From contig OX597832.1 of NCBI GenBank assembly GCA_951406725.2, positions 69,378,001 through 69,442,000 on the forward strand: 64,000 bases of DNA, given 5' to 3'. Source of the DNA: Octopus vulgaris (lineage: Eukaryota). Under the pieces are notes generated by a model, which saw nothing but the letters and a program-made list of their open reading frames with translations, was not told the DNA's origin and made no database searches. The translations under genes and the position numbers were made by a program. Below are positions 11,656-24,659 of this stretch, in pieces. The first letter of the stretch is position 1; every line of letters starts with the position of its first letter.

Positions 11656-12849
11656 TATCTTAAAATAAGACAAAAAATGGTTTTCTGTTTTGGATCCTAT
11701 CTGTGATATGTGTATGTCATCTTCATGTAGCAGCTTTACAAAAATAAATGTTATCTAACAATAAAATGCAGAACAATCTTGCACATCTTGAAACAACAAT
11801 TATTTTTTACAAGGCTGAAGCATCGGCAAAGTAAAATGGATCTCCATCAGTTTCGACAATGACTATTAATTTATTTGATCCTCTGAATTCCCTGTTCATT
11901 GAATTAGCGTGCAAATGGCTGAGTATTCTACAGACACCTGCACAAATAATAAAATTCTCAGGTGGAATCCATGCAACAGAAAATGACAAAGCTGGAACAC
12001 TAAGTTATTGGTAGAATTCATCCAATAACTTAGATGCCGCATCCATGCCATTTCCGTTTGTTAATTTCACTAGAGTTGTGCAATCTGAGATGATGCTAAA
12101 AGATGTCATACAGTCAGTTCGAACTCGGATCTTCGGGAATGCGAAGTAAAGCTGTTAACCATTCAGACACACTGCTTTCCCATGATACTAGTTTGATTTA
12201 TTATCTAAATAAGTATGTAGTATAAAATTAAAAGATAATGTATAAGAATATATTTGAATATAAAATAGAATATAAATTATTATATGGTAACTTGAAAGTG
12301 GATTATATGAAATAGAAATGAAAATGTTAGGAAGTAAAGATGGAAATTTTGAATGAGTCACTGTACAAGATTACATAACTTGCAGTGAATATTGGGTAGG
12401 AGAACATGCAGCCAGTTTAATTAGATGTAATAAATAAACAAGTTGGAATAAAGTTGACTGCAGTAATACAATATTTAATGAAGCAAAATAAATTAATAGT
12501 TTAATTGGAATATGTAGGTTGTAAATGCAATAATTGAATAAATTTGGAAAGTGGAGGACATTAATTTAGTTTAAGCAATCAAATAAATGTATTAAAGGGT
12601 AGAGCATAACTAGAATCTAAGATCTGGGTTTATCCGATGCCACTGCATAGATTCTGTGAATTTATTAATACTAAGTAAAGAAGTTGTAACGTCGAACCAA
12701 TTGTTGTTAGTGGAGACTATACTACTTTGATTTGTGAAGGCGACATCTATGTTGAAATTGTTTTCTTACAAGAGAGAAATTAGTGAAAAAGAATATAAAC
12801 ATTAGAAAAATGTATTAATAAACTAAACAAGAATGTGGCTGTATGTTGA

Positions 12850-13560
12850 ATAATTACTCCCTAATTAGAAAAATATTAGTTGCGAAATGTTTGAATGTCT
12901 TAAAAATCCTACGCTTTCAGGAAGAGAATGATTCATTGTTCGATAATTGGCTGTTGGGAAAAAGTTCTCTGAGCTACAAAGATGATAGGGTTTTCTTATT
13001 GTTAGATTGAGCTCTTATGACTCTCCATTTTACCTTAAAAGACGTTTTGTTAGAATTTAGATTTGAAATATGGCTCCATGGCAAGGTATCAGCCTCTCTG
13101 TTCAAAGTTTCAAACGTATATGAATTAATATAATCTCTTTTGTTTTCAAAAGAATTGGCGTGTAAGCCTATTTATAAAATCGCAGTCGGTTTGGTGTTGA
13201 CTGGCACAATGAAGTAATCCTTTGGCTTCATAATTTCCTTCAAGTATTGGTATTCATATAATTATACATAATTTTCCAACCAAAATTTCTTTAAGTTATT
13301 AATTCAAATACTTTAGAGCTCGCTAAAATTGTGGACAGTGGAATATGATACTTTAGTATGTTTTGACTGAGAAACTTTCGATATTCTTTTCTGGTTTGAC
13401 GGAAAATGTTCTTGCAGGAATTAAGAAAATCCCGCTTAACTTCGGTCATTGATACTCTTAAATGGTTTCTACGTTTAATACATGTTTAATTTATATTTGA
13501 AGTACATTATACTGTTCCTGCGTATCCGCCTCTTCTGCATACTTAACTGTAATACTTGCA
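12850..13560 (-). mobile_element. Possible very old CR1/L2-type LINE 3' fragment
   Basis: Minus strand near 12880-12975 gives FFPTA..I....N.LPESV, resembling the FF...WN.LP C-terminal motif; heavily decayed. Confidence 0.3.
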
Positions 13561-13576
13561 TTGATCAATTGTGAGT

Positions 13577-13612
<36 letters not shown>

Positions 13613-15118
13613 GAGAGAAACAGAGAAGGGAGAAAAAAGAGAACAGCCTTTCCTTTAGAAAAAAAACAAAAAACTATTGTTTTACTTTTATAAAAGTTTT
13701 GTCATATTTTTTAATGAATTCCAGTTATTACCCTAATGTATCTAGATGTTCATAATTTCATCTACAAGATGAAGTGATGTTGGCGTATATTGCTATCTCC
13801 TCAATGTAGTCAGAGCCAATACGATTGCTCTCTATATTAGTGTCGGAATTTTGAATATTTTCTTGTTATATTCATCCGGCATCAGGTGTTTGTAACTATT
13901 CTGTTTTACCTGTTTGTCTTTCTCAGCCTTGACTTATGAGTACTGCTTCCATCAGCAATCCTCTGTGCCTATGAGGAATTCTGTAGAGTAAGTGTGTGAG
14001 GGTGTGTCTTGCCTGTTTAATGTGTTCTCGTCTACTTCGGTGTTTTGTTTTGAATGATGCATTTCAATTACTTCTTCCATTGCATGTTGAACACTTGTGC
14101 GTGAAATACAGAAATGTGAAATGTGGAGTTTAAAAATTTCCTGTTTGCAATCGAATTTATAAATTAGATTGGTCGTTTGAGGCGTGTTCACGATTTACAA
14201 GATTTTGACTGGCGATTGATAACGATGCTTTTAACGCTGTTTTAGCTGGAATAGCCACGGGGGATCTCTTAGAGCTCACAGTTCCAACAAAGTAATCACG
14301 ATAGAAATGGTAAAAATTACAAATTTCTCATCTGATCTACGCTGCAAACGATAATTCTTTTTTTCATCTGGGTAGAATGTTGAGACTAAGAACGGGTAGA
14401 TCTGGTAAAGAAGATATCCGTTCTTGCATATGACAAATGCCGTAAATTATGTATTCTAAAAGTTGCAATTTCCTTTGAATGATGTATTGCAGCAGGTTTG
14501 ATTGGTTAGACGGAAAAATTCAGCCAAGATTTACACTTTATAAACTGCTTGAAGATGTGAAAAAAAAAAAAGGAAAATTTTAACCTAACAGGCTCGGGTG
14601 GATGATAAATATCTGTCCTCACACAAAAAAAGTTGAATATGTGGCATTCTACATGGTGCAACATCACTTAAAATGATATATTATAGCATATGCACATTTG
14701 ATGGGCGATAGCGAGTATTTTAACAAAAATTCAACGTTTTTATTTTTATTAAAAGCTGATAGAAAATTGCCGAAAATTCAAAATCTCAACCACACAGGGA
14801 TCGTAAAAAATAAAAATCACATGGATATACATGTACATACTTATTTAGCCCTACATCTACCACCCCTTCCTACTTACCCCAGCTACACGATCGATTTCTT
14901 GTCCTTCCACGCGGTCGATTTCCTGTTTATCATGCGGTATTTACCAACATCGGACTGTTATACCGCGTAACCTTTCCCGACTAATCGCAGGCTACGTCCA
15001 GTAGTAAACATTGACTCTCTTCAATCGAACCCTCTTTCAGACCCCAATGGCCGAAGACTAGCTACACGCTTGAGACTCAGAGTACTAAAGAGTCTGAATC
15101 AAGCTGTTTTGATATGTA

Positions 15119-16335
15119 TAGGTTGTTTCACATGAAATGTTGCATTTTTAATTCCTTGTTATTTCAGTCATTTAAAAAAAATTCAATTACGTATGCCTTG
15201 CATTTATCTTTACTCTTTTTCTTTCCCAACAATATTGCTATACAAAATTCGTGCCCACAGACCTTATGAAAATGATAACAACCAAACTGTGTTGAGTGAG
15301 TTTTTCGTATGAGTACAAACTGGGTTACTCTGCGGAGGAAGCTCTACGGAACATCAAGCGAGACTTTGGTAATGGTTTTGTTGCCATCAGAACTGTTCAA
15401 CTTTGGTTCCAAAGCTCTCGTTCAGGAAATGATAGCCTTGAAAATAAACCAAAGGGTAGGCCCAAATCAGTTATTTGGCATGATGGATTAAATGCATCGG
15501 GTGAACGAAATCCGAGAACAAAGTTTCGAAAACTTTCATCAGAGCACCAAACATCTCGCACAACTGTTTTTGGACGCCTGTAAGAAAATGGGAAAGTCAA
15601 GAAAACAGATAGGTTTGTTCCACATCAACTGAATGAGATTAAAAAAACGGAAGCCTCGAAGTGTGCTCCTTATTGCTTTCTCGACTGGAAAAATACCATT
15701 TTTGCATTAAATCATTACTTGTCATGAGAAATGGATACTCTTTGACAACAGCAGGAGAACAGGACAGTGATGAGATGCAGGAGAGTCACCTAAACATTAC
15801 CCGAACCCACCATTGCACCCTAAAAAGCTAGAGGTTACTGTATGGTGGTCTGCGAAGGGTGTTATTTATTAGTCATTTTTGCAACAAGGAAAAACGGTAA
15901 TAGCATCGTATTACCAGGAAATTGATTGTATTCATGGGAATTTGAAAAAGAAGCAGCCCAGACTAGTGGATAGAGATAGCCCAATTTTGCTCCACGACAA
16001 TGTACATCCTCACACTCCAGCCTACGATTCAAAAGTTGCAGAGCCAGAATTATGAGATTTTGCAGCTGATATCTCTCCTACTGATCACTTATTTGAGCAT
16101 CTTGAGCTTTTCATAAGCAATAAAACATTCTTAAATGGAGAAAAAGTAATTGAAGTATTCGGACTGTTTATTAGCAAACGATGATTTTTTTATAAGATGG
16201 AATATGACAGAGAAACATTGGGTAAACGTCATAAATGAACATGGATCATACTTTGATTAAATAGATAAGTCTCTAACACTTCTGAAACATTTTATTGTTA
16301 CCTTTTAAATACGATATTTCATGTGAAACAACCTA
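15119..16335 (+). mobile_element. Full-length but inactive mariner (Tc1/mariner, DD34D type) transposon
   Basis: Perfect 20-bp TIRs TAGGTTGTTTCACATGAAAT (15119-15138) and ATTTCATGTGAAACAACCTA (16316-16335); remnants FVPHQL, IITCHEKWILFDN, HPKK..VTVWWS, ILLHDN..PH, SPTD; several stops. Confidence 0.93.
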
Positions 16336-16361
16336 ACATATACATACATATACATACATAC

Positions 16362-19300
16362 ATTATTATGGCTGCCCCCTCGTTATCGAGTATGGCCATT
16401 GCACGAAGCTTAACTGTTACTTGTGCTGTGATCGAATGTGACTTTTTAGCCCTGCTAAATACCTACAATGTCTTGTACAAAATTGGCAACTAAAACCTTT
16501 ACTGGTAATAGCTGGCTGTAGTTGTAAATGGGCTTCATGTACCTTTGCATGTCGTTTAAGTCCTCCTGCCGAATTACACTCTCTTCCACATGCCCGACAG
16601 ATATGATTAGTATGGTATGTTACACCATCACCAGTGGCCAGGTTGTCACTCATCTGTCTCGTTTTATGACTACGAAGATGACTCTTGAGTCCAGCTTTAC
16701 TGAGGCAGGGTCTTGCTCAGACATTGCATGCCAGCATCAAAGGAAGACCCTTCCCTTTTGGTAGTGTAACAGCGATGCCCTTCCTGACATCCCTCCTTAC
16801 TTTCTCATGTGCAACTCGAGATTTCTCAAACGTGGCTGTCCCATAATGCACAATCCTTCTCCACCTGCTACGATCAATAGCTATGCCTTCCCATGTGTCA
16901 GGAGATATGCAAGCATCTCTTAAGGAAGCCTTCAGCAAGTCCTTATACCTATTTTTTGGTTTATGTGGAGGTCGTTCTCCTTTAGCTAACTCTCCATAAA
17001 AGAGTTTTTTTGGCATCCTTGAATCCTTCATCCTAACCAAATGACCACTCCATCTGAGCCTTTGCTATAACACAAGAGCTTCTATACTTTCACACCGAGA
17101 GCCTTCCAATATTTCAAGATCCCTGATGTGGTCCTTCCACTTAATGCCATAGATCCGTCTGAGGCACATCTGATGGAAACGTTCCAGTTGTTTAAGGTGG
17201 TATCGATATGTGACCCACGTCTCGCAGGCATAGAGAAGAGAAGGGAGCACACATGCCTTGTACACCTTTATCTTTGTCTTTCTGCATATGTCTCGCCGAC
17301 TCCAGAGACGCTTTTCTACCCTTCCGAAAGCAACACTTGCTTTCCTAATTCTGTATTAGAATTTCATCATCCAAATTGCCATATCTATTAATAGTGCTTC
17401 CCAGGTAGACAAACTGATCAGCTACATCAAGTCGTTTACCACATACATAGATATTTGGTACACTATACTGCTTACCAGGGGCAGGTTGATGCATGACAAC
17501 AGTTTTCTTGAGATTGACTGTCAATCCTAAGGCAGTGCAAGCATCAGAGAATGCATTCAAAATGTGTTGCATATCAATCTCTGTGTGCGCTACTAGCTCA
17601 CAATCATCTGCATACAAAAGGTCTCTTATGATAGAGGTAAATACCTTTGTTTTTGCAGCAAGGCACCTGACATTAAATATGCTGCCAGAGGTTCGATAAA
17701 AACCTGATACAAATCCAGACCCTGTTCCACACACTTTTCCTGAAGCTGTCTAGCTGAAAAGATCATATCAGCAGTGCCACGTCCCACACGGAAGCCAGAT
17801 TGACTTTCTGGAAGAACACAATCTGCAACGTATTTCAGCAGACGATCCAGAAGTATCCTGCATAAAACCTTTCCTACAGCAGACAGCAATGATACTCCCC
17901 TATAATTACCACAATCATTCCTGTTGCCCTTTCCCTTATACAGGACCACCATTACTGCATCTCTACAGTCCTCAGGTACAGATTCACTAGTTCATATCTT
18001 ACCAAACAAAGAGTGAAGTTTCTGCAGAAGTTTCTCACCACCATGCTCTAACAACTCCGCATGTATGCCATCCATACCCGGAGACTTCCCATTATTCAAC
18101 CTTGAGACAGCCATTGCAACTTCTTCCAACTTTGGTGGTTCTGCGAGTGCTGCCTTCACAGGCAATCCAGGGATGAGATTGAGAACATCCTCACTAACTA
18201 CAGACTGCTGATTCAAAAGTTCATCAAAGTGTTCTTGCCACCTTCGCAGAATTCCTTGTGAATCACGAAGAAGTTCTTTACCATCCCTGCTTTGATGTGG
18301 TGTCATCAGGGAAGACATCGGTCCATAAACTTCTCGCAAGAGACCATACAACAGCTTTGTGTTATTGGAATCTGATGCTGCCTGTATCTCATCAGCCTTC
18401 TAACTCCACCACGTATCCCTCATATTGACGCTTTCTTCGTATCAATCCCAGAACTTTCTTGCCTATATCATAAACTGACTTTTTAAGGGTCGGCCAATCC
18501 TCCCCAATATCTGCAGCATTCATTTCCTCTCGTAAAGTTCTCTTCACACTAAGACGATCAACATTCAGTCTTTTAGGGGTAATCCCTGCAGCTCGGATTT
18601 TATGTTTTGTGACTAATTTCACTTTTGTGACTAATTTCACTAGGTGGTGGTCAGTCCAACACTCAGCTCCACGAAGAACACGAACACACTGCACATCCTG
18701 TCTGTCACGCACCCTAACTAGGATGTAATCCAGAATATGCCATTCTTTAGATGCAGGGTGCATCCATGTAGTCTTAAGCTTATTCTTTTGTTGAAACATG
18801 GTATTGGTAACACACAGACGCAGCTCCTCACACATCTGCAGCAAAAGCATGCCATTACTATTACACTTCCCCACCCCATGCTTTCCAATTACAGTCCATG
18901 TGTTAAAATCCCTACCCACTCTAGCATTAAAGTCACCCAGTACGATGACTTTGTCTGCCCGAGGGATATTTCTTATAATGCCCTTCAAAGCATGGTAGAA
19001 TGAAAGTTTTTCGTCATCAGTATAGCACATAGTTGGAGCATACACACTCACCAAGGTCATAAAATTTCCTTTAGCCAAAGGAATTCTCATGGACATAAGA
19101 CGCTCGTTAATTCCGACTGGGAATTCTTCCAACTTGTCCACAAGAGTAGTCTTAACAGCAAATGCCACTCCAGCTTCTCCTCTAAACTCTTCATTCCTCC
19201 CTTTCCAAAAGAATGTATATTTTTCACAAGATTCTGTAAGATGACCATCTCCAGGTAATCTCGTCTCAGATAAAGCAACGATGTCAAGATCATAGCGTTG

Positions 19301-20160
19301 AAGCTCCTTCGCAACAAGCGCAGTCCTTCTTTCAGGACATTCAGAGGACTTGCGGTCAAGCAGTGTCTGTACATTCCAACAGCCAATATTCAATATTTTC
19401 TTTGGTTCTATCACAGTAGCATGATGATGGCCGGGTTCAGACTGTGATGCTCTGGAGCCCCTGCCGGGCCAGACTCTTTCAGCTGATGTGGTTCCAGAGT
19501 CCTTACTGCCATTTATTTTTATACTGTTTTGGTACATCATTGATTTTTTGCTTTTTAAGGCTACAGCCAGCCATTCAGTTGAGACTCACAGTGCCATCAA
19601 CAATCATGGATTAGTTAATCAATTTAATCAATCAATCAATGTTGTTATCGTGCAATGCCTGTGCAAAAAGATTTTTTTTAAAGCGAGGAAAGGCTGTGCA
19701 CTGAGTCAATCCCACTCACTAAGCAACAGCAGCCATAATCCGAAAAGGAGAACAAGTCAACATCATCGGTAATCACTGAGCCGCAGGTTTTATGTCGGAG
19801 TTATCCCAGTTACCTGAGTTACCTTCTCCTAGAAGGATGCCCTAACAAAGGCTAGGAGTTCTTCACTCCCAATGGTTTAACCGCGCGATCGAGTATTCAG
19901 TCCGATTATTTCTATGTCCCTACACATGATACAGCCTTAAGCCTTAAGAAAAAAAAAATTGCACATTTATTGGATGGCCGTTGACTCTCAAGAGTTCCTC
20001 CGCCCTTTGACGGGTTTGTTTTTCATCCCGCAGAGTGACCAATAAACACCCTCCTCACCAAGCTAGCTTGGTGGGGTTGCCGGTTTAGTCGCCGACGACC
20101 CGACCGTGCAACAGGTTGTACTGGGTTACATGTTACCAGTAGCACTCGAAAGTGACCTGA
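16362..20160 (-). mobile_element. RTE-clade LINE, copy A: near full length, internally deleted and frameshifted
   Basis: APE ORF 18392-19540 (IGCWNV, ALSETR, VYAPT, LGDFNAR, LDY, TDH); RT pieces (GKSPGMDG, NYRGVSLL, QSGFR, LLYADD, FVYLGS); C-terminal C2H2-like fingers; 3' stem-loop CTCG-ataa-CGAG then (TAA)/(TATG)n; structured 5' leader. Confidence 0.93.
18392..19540 (-). pseudogene. RTE ORF N-terminal AP endonuclease segment
   Basis: ORF-track translation with APE motifs; frame lost after WPTLKK...RRKRQ. Confidence 0.85.
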
Positions 20161-20400
<240 letters not shown>

Positions 20401-21284
20401 ATATACAGTACTATGGAATATATCTATAGAGTCTTATTTAAGAAACACTATTTTGCTTACGTTTGCGTTGTTTTGTTCACAATCAATTTACTTGTAAACT
20501 CCCTATTATAATTGGCTAAAGTAAACTAGATAGATCAACTTGCATATATAACATGTCCTGGGGGGCTAATTCGAATACTAAACTACTAGCAAGTTCTTTG
20601 TAAATTTGTCACACTTTGCTTTATTACACACACAAACTTATGGACGTCAACAGATGATTTTAAAATCGTTCCTTTCAATTTCCACCTCACCACAACAACC
20701 CCTTCCGACCCTTAAAACAATCCCAACCACACCCAAAAGTAATTTACCTCATACTCTGTGGTAGCTATTTCTAATCTCAATCCAAGTTACATAATTCTAG
20801 TGTGCAAAATTGATCTTTCAATATTTTTCGTAGCACGATTTCAATGCTATAATGTATTATTGATTATATACAGAGAGATTGTATAAACCAACAACGAATA
20901 TGAATACATTTGATGCGTAAGCATGAATTATTTTAAAAATCAAATAAAAAAAAGAATTCAAGCATTTATAAAATGTTCAAATATCGTCGGAAATCGGAAA
21001 TTAATCCTAAAATTTGACACAGGACAGGAGGAAGGCTGAAACATTAATTTTCAAATATACGTAAAGTTTAAAATTGATTCTGTATAAAAAGAATAATATT
21101 TATTAACTGATAGACCTCATCCTGTTTTTGGTTGATGAAAAGGAGTTTTTAGGGAAATTTTAGTAGTTTATAATCTACTTTAAAACTGGATGAAAATTCT
21201 AACATCCATTCCATTCACCTTGGTAAACATTTAATATTTTCATATGAAAAAATTGTTGAATATAAAGCAGTCTGGATACAAGAT

Positions 21285-21315
<31 letters not shown>

Positions 21316-21964
21316 GTGTGCGTATGCTGTATGTGTATTTGTGCGTGTTTGTATACTTGTATATTACACATGCACACAGTGTAAAAATCGAGTCCATGAA
21401 TGACAAAATTCAGGGTGTCGTATATTTGTGAATAGAGCAGTTATATTAGTTAATCATGTAATACAATATTATAGCTCCATTTCAGACGATTTACGAATCG
21501 GTTTCATACTTGAAAGTTTGAGAAAGACCAGTCTCAATATTCGTCAGAGAGGTTTGTATGGAAACTATGGTGGCACCTTTTGTCACTGGAGTTCAGAAAG
21601 TGCCTAAAAAACTCGGAACGAAAGAACAGCAGGAAAAATACAGAGGAAACTTTTGCTCCTTAGTGTTATGTCCTTTGGATTAGGATCAGATTACAAAGAG
21701 CCGGCATTAAGTATGAAGTAAATGCTTGAAGATTGGGATAGGGGCTTACATGAGGGTAGCTTGCGCTTGGTGTATGCGTGCGGCGGAGTGGGAAGTCGGG
21801 GTCGGGATTGTGTGTTTCGATATAAAAAAAAACAGAATGTGGTAAACCTTATGTGAAACCCTCAGATCGTGATGAGAGCAAATGCTCATGAGGCAGCCTA
21901 TGAGAACGGCACACACACATTAATTTGTTATTTGGTGGCTGAGAATGTTGTTGAAATAGCTATA

Positions 21965-22130
21965 TATTCTTTTCTTCTCAAGGCACAAGGCTCGAAATTT
22001 TGTGGGAGGGGGTCAGTCGATTAGATCGACCCTAGTACGCAACTGGTACTTATCGACTCCGAAAGGATGAAAGGCAAAGTCGACCTCGATGGAATTTGAA
22101 CTCAGAACGTGCAGACAAATGAAATACCTA
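21965..22130 (-). mobile_element. SINE family 1, 5'-truncated, tail type X (CCCCCTCCC..AAATTTC..GCCTTGTGCC)
   Basis: Reverse complement of the family 1 core; tail differs from the adjacent copy. Confidence 0.8.
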
Positions 22131-22367
22131 TTTCTATTTCTTTACTACCCACAAGGGGCTAAACACAGAGAGGACAAACAAGGACAGACAAACGGATTAA
22201 GTCGATTATATCGACCCCAGTGCTTAACTGGTACTTAATTTATCGACCCCGAAAGGATGAAAAGCAAAGTTGACCTCGGCGGAATTTGAACTCAGAACGT
22301 AACGGCAGATGAAATACCGCTAAGCATTTCGCCCGGCGTGCTAACGTTTCTGCCAGCTCAACGCCTT
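22131..22367 (-). mobile_element. SINE family 1, full length with tRNA-derived head, tail type T
   Basis: Head AAGGCGTTGAGCTGGCAGAAACGTTAGC (A-box-like) and GAGTTCAAATTCC (B-box-like), core, tail TTGTCTGTCCTTG...GTAAAGAAA. Confidence 0.88.
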
Positions 22368-22478
22368 GAAATAGCTTTATATTAAAATAACAGTATCTTC
22401 CCCACTTATCTATCTTTTCTCTCACGATTCAGTGACTCTTACTTACAAAACAAAAGTTTACACTTTGTCTCATGCAAA

Positions 22479-22577
22479 ATCGACCTCGGCGGAATTTGGA
22501 CTCAGAACACAAAGACAGGCGATCTACCGCGAAGCATTTCGCCCAGTGTGCTGACGTTTCTGGCAGCTCGCCGCCTT
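22479..22577 (-). mobile_element. SINE family 1 head fragment
   Basis: Similar to 22270-22367. Confidence 0.75.
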
Positions 22578-23019
22578 TGCAAGGAACATCATTCGCATGA
22601 TATAATGGTTCTGCCTGCTCAGTGCCTCAGATTATAGCGTATGTTGTAATCTATATAGTAATATAACAATACCTTCTTTTTACCTGGCATTTGTCACACT
22701 CAAGAAATTTTATTCTAATGGAGAAACAGTTTTACTCACAAAACTGTTTGTATTTATACGAAAGGAACAATAGAAATGTATTTTTATGAAATACGTTAAA
22801 GAATTAATAAAGTTGCTCACAAAGGTAATAATGCTGTTATAGATACAATGATAAGTGAAAACTAGGACTCGTAAATAACACTTCTAAGTTATTACTGAGA
22901 AAATAGAATAAGATGTTTTCATTACTTATGTTCTTATGCCTATCTAAAGTCAAATGACATTTATTAATAATAAACCCATTTAATTGACGGAGTTGTTTGC
23001 TATAAATTATATTTTGAGA

Positions 23020-23390
23020 AAGACTGAGAGAGCAATAGTGAAATAAATGTGTAGTGTGAGGCTGTTTGATAAGGGGAGGACTGAGGAGTTGGAGGAATTA
23101 ATGGAACAGCTGGCAAGGGCGAATGGAGTGCAGTGGTATGGGCATGTGTTGAGGAAGGGATGAGGAGCATGTTCTGAAGAGGGTGCTAGAGTTTGAGGTG
23201 AATGGACAGTGAGAGCGAGGTAGACTGAGGAAAATGTGGAGGGGACAGTTGGAGGAGGTTGGAAAGGTTGGCTTGAGAAAAGAGGACGCCCCAAACCGGG
23301 CAAGACGGCGAGATGGTGCGAGAGCGGTTGCTATGGCATTGAGGTAGATCCGGCGACCTCCGTTAACAGAGACAAAACCCGGATTCAAAA
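23020..23390 (+). mobile_element. 3' fragment of an RTE/RTE-X-type LINE
   Basis: Remnants KTERAIV..MC.VRL.D, QLARANGVQWYGHVLRK, HVLKRVLEFEV, RGR...W; 3' UTR GATCCGGCGACCTCCG...CCCGGATT. Confidence 0.7.
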
Positions 23391-23418
23391 TGTAGGCATG
23401 TTGCATGAAGGTATGTGT

Positions 23419-23465
<47 letters not shown>

Positions 23466-23472
23466 TACAAGT

Positions 23473-23687
23473 GGGTGCTGAAAAGTTCGTGGCTTTAAGT
23501 TCGTGGCTTTAAGAGTATGACGAAAAACATAATTGGAATTCTTTTACATGGCTTACAGAAACTGAAAGACTGCTGTAGTAAGCGTGTGAATCTGAGAGGG
23601 AAATATGTTGAATAAAATCATAATTAGCTGATCCGCCAGCATTTCTTTTTTTCTTTTTTACCCAAAGCCAGAAAATTTTCAGCACCC
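23473..23687 (+). mobile_element. Mariner-derived MITE
   Basis: Imperfect TIRs GGGTGCTGAAAAGTTCGTGGCTTT and AAAGCCAGAAAATTTTCAGCACCC; internal remnant of the transposase C-terminus (RVNLRGKYVE*). Confidence 0.78.
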
Positions 23688-24323
23688 CCCCACCCCCATA
23701 TATATCTATAAATTGTTTGAAGTGATGTACAAATTTCATATATTAAGAAAAAAGAATTAGCAAGTATTTTGGACAATTGTTTATTTAGCGCTTTCGTCTC
23801 TGTTCTGAGAATCCAGAAAACAGGTAGAAATACTAAATAAGTGGTTATATTTGCCTGCTATTAGTTGCAACTCAGGGATCACGTGACTATTCATTCATTG
23901 GCTTATCATTATTCCTACTTTATCCCAGCCATCTGAATGCAAGAGGATTAAAGATGTTTACACCAGTCAAACGAAGATCTTTAAATGTCTCCAAAGAAGC
24001 ATTGTTTAAGAATTTCACAGCCATGAGAGCTGAGTCAGAATACGAACCAGTGAGATATCACTGCAGGAATCATACACATCTAACCAACTACTAAAAAAAT
24101 AATAACTAGCAGAGCCTATGGAAATTCCACAGAGTAAGTCAGCAAATTTGAAAACCTTATCTTTCAAAAAATTCTCTTGAAACCAGCCACTTGATCCAAA
24201 CTGTACTTTCAAATACAACCGAAATTAACTTATATGGTATTGCTTATTTTCCTTCTTTTAATATGTTTAACAGATATGATGCACTTTATAGGAAATAAAA
24301 GATGAATTAAGCGATAAAATTTA

Positions 24324-24364
<41 letters not shown>

Positions 24365-24659
24365 GCATATACATACATACGCACATATTTACATACGTAC
24401 ACACACATACCTAAATACATACATACATACATGCATACATACATACATACATACATACATACATGCATACATATATACATATATGTATGCATGCTTGTGT
24501 GTATGTATGTATGCATGTGTGTTTGCCTATATATAAACTACACTGTCCAGGGCTAAGTCAAAATTATTTACCAATTGAGAATTTTCTTTTTTTCTTTCTC
24601 ATTTCGCTTCAGTTCAGGTCTGGAATATGAAAAGGATAAAAGTGTAACATCTTCAGTTA

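Noticed and set aside
11807-11989. Possible Merlin/ISXO2 transposase remnant (IVIVETD)
   Set aside because: Single weak motif, no TIRs or other catalytic motifs seen
14990-15105. Possible Penelope GIY-YIG C-terminal remnant (TLET...LN)
   Set aside because: Too short and degenerate to support
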